Shown piece by piece: positions 37,015 through 47,252 of a stretch of 64,000 nucleotides of DNA. The stretch's first letter is position 1; each line of letters starts with the position of its first letter. Below the pieces are notes generated by a model. The model had not been told where the DNA came from, made no database searches, and saw only the letters and a program-made list of their open reading frames with translations. The stretch lies in sequence record KT919973.1; one strand, given 5' to 3'. The position numbers and the translations under genes are program-made.

Positions 37015-39708
37015 TTATTTCATTGCAAAGTCGATTGCAGTGAAGTTGTCTTCAAACGAACTAGCAACATTGACTTCAGTAACAATTGGGAAAGCCCACA
37101 TTACTTGATTTTCAACGGCTGTTTCATCTTTGTATCGAAGTATCAACTTATCATCATCACTATTCCATCTAAATGACTTGTCTGCATCTGTTGTATAGTA
37201 ACCAACACCCTTTGACGTTTGGTAACTTGGATCATCTTCAGGGTTTATAACACCGAAATAGTTGTTAAACTTATCAGCAAACGCTTGATGTTGTGCATCA
37301 GTCCAATCGTGTGGTAAAATATACCCTTGTAGCAATATCCACTGATTATTTGATGCAGGGAACCCATACACTCTATCAATATTGATATATGTAGATGTTC
37401 TGCTACCGTCTGACAATCTCAGAGTTCTATAATCACCTGTTGAATTTTTGACTCGTACACTGAAGTATAAGAAGCTATTTTGTTTGTCGATAGCATTAAC
37501 CCACAATGATAGGAAATACGGTCGAGATGGATCGATTGATACTTCTTGCATTTCAATTGGAGATGATGAGCCTGCTGTACGTGTGAAACACTTTTCACCG
37601 CCTGAAAGTACATAATTACCCCATTGAACGTTGTCAATTTCTTGTACTGGCATATTAATACCTGCATACAAGTTTGAATCTGCGTTATATGCTCGCCACC
37701 AGCTATCGTCATCAACTACGTTACCTGTAATCGGTGAATTGACAATCTCTTGAGCAGCGATACCGTTTATGTTCGAAATCATATGAGGTATACCACTCGG
37801 GGTTGACATTCCGCCTTTAGTCAATATGACGTAATCAAAGTACTCTGGTTGTAAGTCAGACCAAACTCCAAATTTAACGGCACCTGTTGGTACTTGTACG
37901 AAAAATTCTTGAGTTTCTTTTTTCTCTGCACTGTAAAAATGAATATTCTGTCTGCCTACTTCATCGCCAACTACGTTGTAGAATCGAAGATTCGCCATTT
38001 TGTCTTCATTTGCGATTGCTGAATTTCGATCAATACATGCACGAGCTTTGTAAATCAAGTACTGTCCGTCTATCACGCCATAATCTGAAAGAAGATAACG
38101 TTTATCAGTAGGAACAGTCATTGTTTCGAGTAAAGGAATTCCGTACCCGTTTGAACCAATCCCTGCTTTATCTTCGAATGCAGTATCAACAACACTGTCA
38201 CCGTCAGATTCATGGTCGAACATACAACGATCATATACAATACCTAATTGACCTGTACCGAATGCACAGTAACTATAACTGTATTGACTGAAGTAAGAGC
38301 TACCGCGATACTCAATCGGGTGATACTGTTGAATTGCAGCATCTACCGCAGAATCTGCGTACATTGACCCATTTGATAGAATAACAAACGGCTCTGTTGT
38401 TAACCCGTTCAGACCGTTGATGAAGTTGCTACGTTCTGTAGAACTACTCAGAAGATATTTTCTATTAGTTTTGACTGTCATATCGTCGTTGAATATAATC
38501 AAACGAACTTGATATTGTTGTTTAGCTTCGGGAGTGAATACGCTAACATCGTTTATATAACATGATGCTAGGTTTGAACTTCCGTTCGCGACACCTGTTG
38601 CTAACAGTCTGATATTATTGTTTGAAAAATCTCTGATATGCCTAGCTGACACTTCATATTCACCGATTCTAGAACCAACAGGAGCATATACCCACAATTC
38701 AGCTTGATTTACGTTAATACCCGGTCCTGGGAATGTCGTAGTCGCGTCTGGCCAAGAACGTTTAGCACCGATAGCCCAATACCAATTTGATATATCGACT
38801 GAACCATCAGCGAACGTACTGGCTGAAACACTATATTCTATTCCACCCCAATCATTTGCAGTGCTTTCGATGTAAATCGGTTCATAGCCTCTAACGCCGC
38901 GAGTTGTAGCGTCGTAATCGCCAGTATAGTTTTTGACGATTTGCGAGTCTGTGATCATGAAGTTTGTAAGCCAACGCTTACCTGTTGGTAATTTACCTGT
39001 ATCAGTTGTATAACAACAATACCAGTACATGCTACTTGATGAAAGAGTACTAGGCGTTGTGAAACGAGCATAATGACGCTTCCAAAGAATCCCGTCAACT
39101 ATCAACTCGTTTCCTGCCGATTCAAACACATCACCCGCAGTATGTTCGCCTAATGTATAATCATTATTGGAACCGTCATACCAACGAGCGTGAAATATAG
39201 CTGCTGTGTCGTGATCAGCGTCTACTTCATACCCAACCCAACATGACAATGTGTATGTTTTGTTTGGTTTTAAACGCGATTGTGGCACTTGAAATCGCAA
39301 TTGATCTTCGAGTGCCGCAGTTGGTTGTTCTACAACGTATTTTGACGACCCTGGGTTTTCTTTTTCAACAATAACCCAAGAGCCGATTTTTGCATTTTGT
39401 TCAGTGACGTATTCCCCACCCGCTAAGTTACCGTTTGTAAGATATTGACCTACATCAATAGCTGCAAAGTTACTACTTTGCTTCCAGATGTTTGTTACAT
39501 CTAATTCAGGGTAATGAAGCTTGAATTGGAATTTGCCGTCTTCACGGCGAAATTCCTCAAGTGAGTTCAACGCACTGAATTTTTGTTCAACGTCGGGATC
39601 TGTCCCGACGCTGCGTGCTTCAGCATCGGAGGTGAAAAACACACCTCCTGTTGAATCATGGCGAAAGATTAATAGCCAATCGCCGTCACGTTTAAGTCTT
39701 TCGTACAT
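37015..39708 (-). CDS. 35: Long tail fibre hinge connector gp35-like, enlarged with lectin-like domains
   Basis: Directly follows gp34; central ILEI/PANDER-like region; 897 aa, far longer than T4 gp35. Confidence 0.55.
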   Translation of the reverse strand: MYERLKRDGDWLLIFRHDSTGGVFFTSDAEARSVGTDPDVEQKFSALNSLEEFRREDGKFQFKLHYPELDVTNIWKQSSNFAAIDVGQYLTNGNLAGGEYVTEQNAKIGSWVIVEKENPGSSKYVVEQPTAALEDQLRFQVPQSRLKPNKTYTLSCWVGYEVDADHDTAAIFHARWYDGSNNDYTLGEHTAGDVFESAGNELIVDGILWKRHYARFTTPSTLSSSSMYWYCCYTTDTGKLPTGKRWLTNFMITDSQIVKNYTGDYDATTRGVRGYEPIYIESTANDWGGIEYSVSASTFADGSVDISNWYWAIGAKRSWPDATTTFPGPGINVNQAELWVYAPVGSRIGEYEVSARHIRDFSNNNIRLLATGVANGSSNLASCYINDVSVFTPEAKQQYQVRLIIFNDDMTVKTNRKYLLSSSTERSNFINGLNGLTTEPFVILSNGSMYADSAVDAAIQQYHPIEYRGSSYFSQYSYSYCAFGTGQLGIVYDRCMFDHESDGDSVVDTAFEDKAGIGSNGYGIPLLETMTVPTDKRYLLSDYGVIDGQYLIYKARACIDRNSAIANEDKMANLRFYNVVGDEVGRQNIHFYSAEKKETQEFFVQVPTGAVKFGVWSDLQPEYFDYVILTKGGMSTPSGIPHMISNINGIAAQEIVNSPITGNVVDDDSWWRAYNADSNLYAGINMPVQEIDNVQWGNYVLSGGEKCFTRTAGSSSPIEMQEVSIDPSRPYFLSLWVNAIDKQNSFLYFSVRVKNSTGDYRTLRLSDGSRTSTYINIDRVYGFPASNNQWILLQGYILPHDWTDAQHQAFADKFNNYFGVINPEDDPSYQTSKGVGYYTTDADKSFRWNSDDDKLILRYKDETAVENQVMWAFPIVTEVNVASSFEDNFTAIDFAMK

Positions 39709-39716
39709 AAATCACC

Positions 39717-42700
39717 TTATATAGCGTGTCCGTACGTAAACTCCAACACGCCTTGATTATTAGTTGACATTCTTACAGAACCAACTTGAATGTAGTCTCT
39801 GTATTTAACGCTCTCACCTGTACCACCGTCTGGCGTGAACAAGTCGATACGCTCAGATAGAGTCTTACCAGCACCAGCCGATAGGGCTTGGTGTGGGTCT
39901 GAAGCATTCACTGGGTCTGCTGTACGCACGTCACTTGTTACTTGTACAATACCTTGATTCGTGCGGCTTGATTTGCGCAGACGATCATTGTTAATTGTAC
40001 CCGTTGTGATGTTCTCACCTGAGTGAGCGTGACTGTAATCATTAACTTGAATGTTTGTAGTAACGTTTCCGCTACCATCTAACGTAAAGTTACCAGACAA
40101 GTCGCCGGTGAACGTTACTGTACGCGCTGTAACCCACTTCTCAGACGCTTTAGCTACGTTGTTAATACCCAAGTACTTCTGACGAAGTGAACCGCTTGAC
40201 GGGCTCGAATAAGACCCGTATGTTGTATCAACGTTAGCAGTCGCTTCATTTTCATATATTGTATCACCGAACGATGCCCCACCTGGTTGAGTCGTATAAC
40301 CAGTTGAGTTTACTTGCCATCGAGTTGTGTCACCTGTCCCTGCGATTGAGAATGGTGAAGAAGACCCGTTACCACTACCGCCCACACGAATGCGAGGTTC
40401 GTCATTAAACCAGTCGAGTTTTACACTCGCTGCGTCGTTCGTTGGGTTTGCAACTAAGAAATAACCGCCACCTTTCGTTTGCACGAATTCGCCACTAAAC
40501 GTATACGTGCCATTGATTGTTTGGTCGATGTCACGACGTGCAAATTGTGTACTGTTCAAGCCATCTAGTAATTCTGAGTCATCAGCTTTAGCGTTTAGCG
40601 GTAAGTAGTTGCGCAATGCATAATGCAGACCGTAAGGTGAAACTGCATATGGAACACGCAAGTACGACGTATACGCTTGTGTTGAACCGTCTGTACTGTT
40701 ACCAACAAATGTTTCTGCTGGTGTTGCGATTTGTACGTTACCATAACGACTTTCATTTGCACGTGAGCTGTCAGAGTAACGAGTCCAGTGTAGCAAATCA
40801 CTCGGAGTAACAACAATTTCATTACTAGCTGTCGCTGCTTCGACTTCAGCTTGAGTCGCAAGACGCACGATACCGGTTTGCGTTTCAGTAGCACGACGCG
40901 CATTTAACTTCTGTGGTGTGATGATTACATCATCAAGCGCACCAGCTTGGGCATTCGCTTCTAATTGAGTCGCAACTTGTAGTGTACCACGTTGTGTTTC
41001 AGTCGCTGACGCGATGCTGAATGTAACGTCGCCCCATACTGTACCAGTATGCGATAGACCATCTGTTCCTGCTGTCACGAAATGATCACGGTCAAGCCAT
41101 GTCTTCAGTTTAAGTGGTGAAACAATACGAGTATCGTCTGTCCCTGAGTCAACTTCAGTTTGAGTTGCGATTTCCGCAACACCACGACGTGATTCAGTTG
41201 CTGTTCTGCTATTCAACGTTTCTGGTGTGATGAAGACTGTTGTCCACGATTCACCAGTTCCTGTTGTTGCATTTGCTTCAGACTGTGTAGCAGAACGAGC
41301 AATACCACGAACCGTTGAGCTTGCTTTCCACGCTGCTAATTTCTTAGGCGTGATGATCGCGTTATCAACTGTTGAGTCGTTGATGCGAAGTTCACTGCTC
41401 TTAGCAACCCATAATGTACCAGGTTGATTCTCTGTAGCACGATACTCATCAAGCATTTTTGGCGTTACGATACGCAGATGATCAGTTTTATCATATACTG
41501 TATTGTCAAGACCATTTACTGAACGGTCTGAACGCATATTCGCTGTTGATGTAACAATACCACCAGCATTGATGTTGTTCGACGCTTCGACTAGTTTTGC
41601 AACACCTGTTAGATCTTCTTCAGCTTGTGCAGCGTGGAATTTCATCGGTGTTAGAACTTGAACATCGTTAGTTGTGCTTCGCGTCTCGTTTTGAGTTGCG
41701 ATTTCAACTACACCGCGACGTGTTTCAGTTGCTGTACGCGCATTCAAACTACGTGGTGTTATGAACAGATCATGTCTGAAGTTTGTATCTGGGTAACGAA
41801 CAAACGTACCAGAACGCGATTCTTCAAGAGCTTCATCAGTTCCAAGAGTAGCAACACGAGCCATACCAACTTGCTGTTCACCTGCACGACGAGCGTCAAG
41901 CGTCTCTACCGTGATTACGTGGTCTTTCAGTGGGTTTTGATCAGCCCAAGGGTCTGCTGCATCTTCAGGGTGCGCATATTCAATCCCGTGTGCTAGAGCT
42001 TCCGTTGGGTCAGCTAATGGCACGATACCCGGGCGTTTACGGTATAGTTCATCAGCGATATCGATACGAGTCGCGATGTTACCGAACGACCATACTTTAC
42101 GACTCGCGTCGTAGTATAGAACTAGTGAATAACCGCTGTCATAATCACTAATTTCGAATGATTCAACGAAGAATGGAACGAAATCAACGTAATGACGGTA
42201 TTTTTGATAACGATATGTTTCAAAGTCCAAGAATACTTTGTATTCATCGGGGCCGTGACCTGGGTCATCATCACCGAAATTCGGGTGAACTTGAATCGTT
42301 ACTTTCTTATGAGCTGTTTTGTTGTGTGAGATCTCAATCCAGTCACCATCGGCTGGTTTTTCTGGTAGTGTGATCGTCATTGCAGGAACAGCATCTGCGA
42401 TTTCGATAGCGTAACGAGAACGAGGCTTCAATTCAACCGCGCTTGAATCCCCGACATAGTTCCATAAATGCGGGTTGTTCGCGATTGTGATTACCCATAC
42501 GCCAGTACCGTTATCATCGATGAATGTGATATCAGCGCCGCCGATAGTATCAAGACTGATAACAGAACTACGTTCGCCTGAAATAGGGTCTTGAATAACC
42601 TGACCCGTAGCAGTCGGGTTCACACCGATTTGAATCGACGTTTGATTCTCAAGATACGCAACATCTTTAAGATGAATTGTATCGCCCACGTTCGGGTTCA

Positions 42701-43502
42701 GTGGTACAGAAATTGCAATTTTCTTAACTGAACCGTCATATGTGACTGTCTCGCCAACGTTAGTGAAATAACCACCAGTTGATAAGTACCCACCCTGTTG
42801 AGTTGGGTGACTGTCGTCGATATACGTATTGTATAACTCTTGATTGATCTGATATGTCCATGCAATACCGTTGTACACTAAGAATATAGTGCTGTTAGGG
42901 GTATTGAATGAAATACTCGGTTTAGACTCAATTGAACCGTCAATGCCGTAATGTTGAATCGTCAAGCCGCCCGCTGCTGCAATCGTACAAGGGTAAGTTG
43001 TAAGAACGCCTTTACCGTCTTTGATTGTAACTGTGTCACCTGTTAATGGTGTTTCAGGCAGTGTAATAGTGATTGCCGAGCTTGCTGTTAACAACAAGAA
43101 GTCACCGACGTTTGCGCCTACCGATGAATCAGTATCTTCCCATTCAGGGTCGGTACGCATTTTCTGCCACTTCTGCGAGTCAAAAGGTTCAGGTGCATTG
43201 ATTTCGGTAATGTTTTTGTATAGACGTTGATTGAACTCAACGATAAAGTCTACTTTATAGTGATCTCGTGTTGGGTCATACTCTTGAACAGTGTTCTCTT
43301 CAATAAAGTAGCCTTGGTTAATACCGTCGAACAATTCATTTGCTCGTGGGTCTGCTACGTTAATGACATTCTGACCACTTGCATCAAGACCTGACGCACG
43401 AAATGCTCTGCGGAATTCTGACATTTCATTGCTCCTTTGTTTAGATATGCAATTCGCTATGATATATTTAGACACACGATATAAACATATAGGAAACGAC
43501 AC
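39717..43502 (-). CDS. 34: Long tail fibre proximal subunit gp34
   Basis: FRASGLDASGQNVINVAD, ENTVQEYDPTR N-terminus; many ATETRRGVxEIATQxE repeats; start probably at a later Met (MSEFRR). Confidence 0.9.
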   Translation of the reverse strand: MSFPICLYRVSKYIIANCISKQRSNEMSEFRRAFRASGLDASGQNVINVADPRANELFDGINQGYFIEENTVQEYDPTRDHYKVDFIVEFNQRLYKNITEINAPEPFDSQKWQKMRTDPEWEDTDSSVGANVGDFLLLTASSAITITLPETPLTGDTVTIKDGKGVLTTYPCTIAAAGGLTIQHYGIDGSIESKPSISFNTPNSTIFLVYNGIAWTYQINQELYNTYIDDSHPTQQGGYLSTGGYFTNVGETVTYDGSVKKIAISVPLNPNVGDTIHLKDVAYLENQTSIQIGVNPTATGQVIQDPISGERSSVISLDTIGGADITFIDDNGTGVWVITIANNPHLWNYVGDSSAVELKPRSRYAIEIADAVPAMTITLPEKPADGDWIEISHNKTAHKKVTIQVHPNFGDDDPGHGPDEYKVFLDFETYRYQKYRHYVDFVPFFVESFEISDYDSGYSLVLYYDASRKVWSFGNIATRIDIADELYRKRPGIVPLADPTEALAHGIEYAHPEDAADPWADQNPLKDHVITVETLDARRAGEQQVGMARVATLGTDEALEESRSGTFVRYPDTNFRHDLFITPRSLNARTATETRRGVVEIATQNETRSTTNDVQVLTPMKFHAAQAEEDLTGVAKLVEASNNINAGGIVTSTANMRSDRSVNGLDNTVYDKTDHLRIVTPKMLDEYRATENQPGTLWVAKSSELRINDSTVDNAIITPKKLAAWKASSTVRGIARSATQSEANATTGTGESWTTVFITPETLNSRTATESRRGVAEIATQTEVDSGTDDTRIVSPLKLKTWLDRDHFVTAGTDGLSHTGTVWGDVTFSIASATETQRGTLQVATQLEANAQAGALDDVIITPQKLNARRATETQTGIVRLATQAEVEAATASNEIVVTPSDLLHWTRYSDSSRANESRYGNVQIATPAETFVGNSTDGSTQAYTSYLRVPYAVSPYGLHYALRNYLPLNAKADDSELLDGLNSTQFARRDIDQTINGTYTFSGEFVQTKGGGYFLVANPTNDAASVKLDWFNDEPRIRVGGSGNGSSSPFSIAGTGDTTRWQVNSTGYTTQPGGASFGDTIYENEATANVDTTYGSYSSPSSGSLRQKYLGINNVAKASEKWVTARTVTFTGDLSGNFTLDGSGNVTTNIQVNDYSHAHSGENITTGTINNDRLRKSSRTNQGIVQVTSDVRTADPVNASDPHQALSAGAGKTLSERIDLFTPDGGTGESVKYRDYIQVGSVRMSTNNQGVLEFTYGHAI
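43439..43472. promoter_or_regulatory. Overlapping divergent promoters for rnh (+) and gene 34 (late, -)
   Basis: GTTTAG-N18-TATATT (+, 43439-68); TCTAAATA (-, 43472-65). Confidence 0.55.
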
Positions 43503-44435
43503 ATGAGTTTAGAGGGGTTCTTCAAGCGAAAGACAAAATCGTTTGATGGTATGCCAGCGGGTGTTAATCTCGTTGACTTCAGTCAGATTGTCTTGAGTAC
43601 AATCATGGCAACATACAAACCGACTGATCTACTAACAGTTGATTTGATTCGTCATATCGTTCTTAACACGCTACGTAGTAACGTGCTAAAGAACAAACTC
43701 AAATACCCGCGTATTATCTTGTGTATTGATAACGGTAAAGGCGGTTATTGGCGCAAGAAAGAAGCGTGGTACTACAAATACAAACGTAGTGAGCAGCGTG
43801 ATGACTCTGGCTGGGATTTCGAAACGATTTTCAATGCAATGGCGCAGATTAAAGAAGAAATCAAAGAAAACATGCCGTATTACGTAATGGACATTGAAGG
43901 CGTTGAAGCCGATGACCATATTGGTGTTTTGACTGATTATTACGTGAGTAAAAACGTTCCAGTTTTGATTACTTCTTCAGATGGTGACTTTACTCAGTTA
44001 CACACAAGCAAGCTTGTACGTCAATGGTCTCCGATTCAGAAGAAATGGGTCAAGCCGAAGCATGGTTCACCAGAAATGGACATCATGTTTAAATGCATCA
44101 AAGGCGATAAAAAAGACGGTATTGCACCGTTGAAAGCGCCGAATGATCACTACACACATGGCGATGGTCGTCGTGCACCATCTGTTCGCAAAGAAGAGTT
44201 GCGCACGCTAATGACATCAACGCCAGATGAGCTTAAAAAGCTCTTAACTGAAGAGCAATTTGCTCGTTATGAAGAAAACAGAAAATTGTTAGATTTTGCG
44301 TTTATTCCTAAGAATATCAGTGATAGCATAATCGAACAGTTTGAAGCGCAGAAGCCAGCGCCTAGAAGTAAAATCATGATGTATTTTGCTTCTAAGAAGT
44401 TAGATAAGCTTATTGAAAGCATGAGCGAATTCTAA
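43503..44435 (+). CDS. rnh: RNase H / 5'-3' flap nuclease
   Basis: LVDFSQI, YWRK, YKYKR, EADDHIGVL, SSDGDFTQLH, KGDKKDGI. Confidence 0.95.
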   Translation: MSLEGFFKRKTKSFDGMPAGVNLVDFSQIVLSTIMATYKPTDLLTVDLIRHIVLNTLRSNVLKNKLKYPRIILCIDNGKGGYWRKKEAWYYKYKRSEQRDDSGWDFETIFNAMAQIKEEIKENMPYYVMDIEGVEADDHIGVLTDYYVSKNVPVLITSSDGDFTQLHTSKLVRQWSPIQKKWVKPKHGSPEMDIMFKCIKGDKKDGIAPLKAPNDHYTHGDGRRAPSVRKEELRTLMTSTPDELKKLLTEEQFARYEENRKLLDFAFIPKNISDSIIEQFEAQKPAPRSKIMMYFASKKLDKLIESMSEF

Positions 44436-44442
44436 AAAAATT

Positions 44443-44480
44443 GTTTAGAACAACATGTGCTGCTGTATAATGAGCAGCAC
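44443..44480 (+). promoter_or_regulatory. Promoter for dsbA/33/59 with an inverted repeat around -10
   Basis: GTTTAG-N17-TATAAT; GTGCTGCT/AGCAGCAC arms flank GTATAATG. Confidence 0.7.
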
Positions 44481-44517
44481 GAAACAACGACATTGAACAA
44501 AACATATTGAGGTAACG

Positions 44518-44799
44518 ATGGACATTCTTGAATACGAAACAATCTCTACTCCGCAAGATAAGCAAGAAGTAGTTAACATGGTTAAAGAAGCGTCTGCTTC
44601 CATGTTGCGCATTGATTCTGAACGCGATCTAATGAAAGACATTGCGAATCGCGCAAAAGAAGAGTTCGAAATCAAACCTGCCGATTTCAACAAAGTTGTG
44701 AAGATGTATCACAAACAAAACCGCCAAGAAGAACAGGCGAAGTATGAAAAGGTAGACAATCTATACGAGAAGCTTTTTGACGATGCAGATGATGAATAA
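44518..44799 (+). CDS. dsbA: Double-stranded DNA-binding protein DsbA
   Basis: KEAS, KDIANRAKEEF, FNKVVKMYHKQNR; synteny rnh-dsbA-33. Confidence 0.88.
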   Translation: MDILEYETISTPQDKQEVVNMVKEASASMLRIDSERDLMKDIANRAKEEFEIKPADFNKVVKMYHKQNRQEEQAKYEKVDNLYEKLFDDADDE

Positions 44800-45085
44800 A
44801 GACAACTACGTTTTAAAAGAAGAGCTTGGTGATTTAGTTCCGCCTATTAAAGGCAGTCTTAGACAGCAAATCTCTCTAGAAATTGAAGAGATTTATAATA
44901 GCTGTCCCGCCATGACCTATCTTGAAGCGTGTCTGTTCTTCATTGAGCAATACGATTACGACATTAGTCGCTTCCCGTATCTGATTAATCAGACGTTGAA
45001 AGACAAAATTGAGACTGAGGCGATAAATGAAAAGACTATTAGAAGTCGATTTGGTTCTGCCTCGGACTTGGGTCAATGGGTATAG
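44777..45085 (+). CDS. 33: Late transcription co-activator gp33
   Basis: MTYLEACLFFIE, LKDKIETEAINE pattern; synteny. Confidence 0.85.
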   Translation: MTMQMMNKDNYVLKEELGDLVPPIKGSLRQQISLEIEEIYNSCPAMTYLEACLFFIEQYDYDISRFPYLINQTLKDKIETEAINEKTIRSRFGSASDLGQWV

Positions 45086-45680
45086 CGTATTTCGTGTTTA
45101 TTGTGCTGTAAAGGCGCATATGGGCGGAAAGTACGACATCTCCAAGTATAAACTCGGAATGAAAACACCTAGATCTGCGTTCGAGAAGCGTTCAGATAAG
45201 GTGTTTTTTGAACGGCTAGCCAAACGGCTAACATTGAATGATTGCTATCAGTTGCTTGTTAGTAACTTAGCAGCGAACCCCAATGCGATTTCTTATGAGA
45301 TTGCAGGTGCTGACGCTCATGAATTCTGGTTGAAACATACGGGATTTATGGAAATTTACAGTCAACACTACAAAAATGAACTACTTTCGATTTTTACTCT
45401 TATAAATAGAGAGAATAAAAAATTCAAAGATTTGTTTAGAGGCGAAGGGCATCCCGTTATAATGCAACTCGTGTTACGAAATACTATCTCAATTGAGACG
45501 TTCGTAATTCTGAATAGATTATTGAACTTCGTACCTGTAATCGACAAAGATTACGGAGACGATATCTTCTGGCACGAGTTCAAGACACGAGCTTTAGCAT
45601 ACGATAAGTTGCTGAAAATCGACGAAGTTCTTGCTAAAGAAATGTTTATTCAAATAAAAAATCAAAGTAAAATACAATAA
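45027..45680 (+). CDS. 59: Helicase loader gp59
   Basis: 217 aa; HMGGKYDISKY, FEKRSDKVFFERLA, ISIETFVILN. Confidence 0.9.
   Translation: MKRLLEVDLVLPRTWVNGYSVFRVYCAVKAHMGGKYDISKYKLGMKTPRSAFEKRSDKVFFERLAKRLTLNDCYQLLVSNLAANPNAISYEIAGADAHEFWLKHTGFMEIYSQHYKNELLSIFTLINRENKKFKDLFRGEGHPVIMQLVLRNTISIETFVILNRLLNFVPVIDKDYGDDIFWHEFKTRALAYDKLLKIDEVLAKEMFIQIKNQSKIQ
45434..45463 (+). promoter_or_regulatory. Putative gene 32 promoter inside gene 59
   Basis: GTTTAG-N18-TATAAT. Confidence 0.55.
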
Positions 45681-45730
45681 CACACTATACGATACTATAT
45701 CATACTATAAAATACAAGGTAAAATACAAT
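45661..45730 (+). promoter_or_regulatory. A-rich repetitive leader of gene 32 (candidate autogenous translational operator)
   Basis: TAAAATACAA three times; ACTATA three times at 10-nt spacing; very few G. Confidence 0.55.
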
Positions 45731-46657
45731 ATGTCTATGTTCAAACGCAAATCTCCAGCAAAACTTCAAGAAAAACTAGAGCAAATGTCAAGCAAAAAGT
45801 CATTCGACAATGCTGACGAGTGGAAACTTTCTACTGACAAGCTTGGTAATGGTTCTGCGGTGATTCGCTTCCTGCCTGCTAAAGGCGAAGACGACCTACC
45901 ATTTGTAAAAATCTTCACACACGGTTTCAAAGAAAACGGTAACTGGTACATCGAAAACTGTCCTTCGACTATCGATCTTCCATGTCCATGCTGCCAAGCT
46001 AACGGCGAGCTTTGGAAAACTGAAAACGAAGATAACCAAAACATTGCACGTAAACGCAAGCGTACTCTTTCTTACTGGGCTAACATCGTTGTAATCAAAG
46101 ATGAAGCTGCACCAGAAAATGAAGGCAAAGTTTTCAAATACCGTTTCGGTAAGAAAATTCTTGACAAGATCACTCAAGCTGCTCAAGCAGATGAAGATCT
46201 AGGTGTACCGGGCATGGACGTGACTTGTGTATTCGATGGTGCTAACTTCAGCTTGAAAGCTAAGAAAGTATCTGGTTTCCCTAACTACGACGACTCTAAA
46301 TTCGGCCCAAGCACTGAGCTATACGGCGGTGACGAAGCTAAACTGAAAGAAGTCTGGGACCAAATGCACGACCTAAACGCAATCATTGCACCGTCTGCGT
46401 TTAAATCTGAAGCTGACCTTCAGAAGCGTTTTCTTCAAGTGACTGGCGCTGCTCAGTCTAAAGCATCTACGGCTGCTCAAAATCTTGAAGCTCAACTGAA
46501 CACTGGTGCTCCTGCTCAAGCAAATGCACCTCGTACAGTTGCTAAACCAAGCGCAACTATCGACACTGACGACACTCCTGCTTCACAAGAGCCAGTGACT
46601 GATTCTGTCGATGACGAGCTAGACGCACTACTAGCTGACCTAGAGCTAGACGAGTAA
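45731..46657 (+). CDS. 32: Single-stranded DNA-binding protein gp32
   Basis: MFKRKS, GNGSAVIRFLP, HGFKENGNWYIENC, CPCC, RKRTLSYWANI, GANFSLK, acidic tail. Confidence 0.97.
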   Translation: MSMFKRKSPAKLQEKLEQMSSKKSFDNADEWKLSTDKLGNGSAVIRFLPAKGEDDLPFVKIFTHGFKENGNWYIENCPSTIDLPCPCCQANGELWKTENEDNQNIARKRKRTLSYWANIVVIKDEAAPENEGKVFKYRFGKKILDKITQAAQADEDLGVPGMDVTCVFDGANFSLKAKKVSGFPNYDDSKFGPSTELYGGDEAKLKEVWDQMHDLNAIIAPSAFKSEADLQKRFLQVTGAAQSKASTAAQNLEAQLNTGAPAQANAPRTVAKPSATIDTDDTPASQEPVTDSVDDELDALLADLELDE

Positions 46658-46663
46658 TGATTT

Positions 46664-46685
46664 AAAGGGGCTTAATTGCCCCTTT
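46664..46685 (+). terminator. Terminator after gene 32
   Basis: AAAGGGGC-TTAATT-GCCCCTTT. Confidence 0.75.
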
Positions 46686-46706
46686 GTTCTCTTTATAGGA
46701 GATTAA

Positions 46707-47252
46707 ATGAAAGTTCAAATCGTTTTCGCTCACGGTATGAGTAAATCCCCGCACGCGCCCTTCGGCAATCAAAACAAACTCCCTTGGAAACATAACAAAG
46801 AAGACTTGGCTCGATTTAAAGCAGTTACTATGAATAGCGTGCTTGTAATGGGCTCTAAGACATTCGAATCACTTCCCGGTAAACTAGCAGACCGCCCGCA
46901 CGTTGTGCTCAGTAGCAGCGATACAGCAACTGCAAAAAACGGTCAAAAAGCCGATGTTTACTGCAAGTGTGACTCCTTTCAAGACCTGATTAAGAACATC
47001 GAAAATGTTTATCTGATAGAAGGTTTTGATAAAATAAGTGTTATCGGTGGCCCTAGTGTTATCGAGTCTGCATTACCTTTTGCAGACCACATATATAAAA
47101 CTACAATCGTTGATGAAATCGAAGCGTACGACGTTACGATTGATTTAACTAAAATTTTCTGGTATTTCCCACACAACGGGGAATCAGAGATCGTCGAATG
47201 CCAGAACGGCTCTACGATTTTCATCGAAAAGTTAACAAAGGGTGACTTATGA
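46707..47252 (+). CDS. frd: Dihydrofolate reductase
   Basis: FGNQNKLPW, EDLARFK..T, VMGSKTFESLP..L..R, VIGG. Confidence 0.92.
   Translation: MKVQIVFAHGMSKSPHAPFGNQNKLPWKHNKEDLARFKAVTMNSVLVMGSKTFESLPGKLADRPHVVLSSSDTATAKNGQKADVYCKCDSFQDLIKNIENVYLIEGFDKISVIGGPSVIESALPFADHIYKTTIVDEIEAYDVTIDLTKIFWYFPHNGESEIVECQNGSTIFIEKLTKGDL

Noticed and set aside
39717-42100. Repeated ATETRRG/ATQxE motifs in gp34 and gp12 as a possible diversity array or CRISPR-like repeat
   Set aside because: Ordinary fibre shaft repeats at protein level; no identical nucleotide repeats with spacers, and no reverse transcriptase nearby
43158-43283. CBM-like module near the N-terminus of gp34
   Set aside because: T4 gp34 has the same YDPTR...W module by recall, so it is ancestral and not a new insertion
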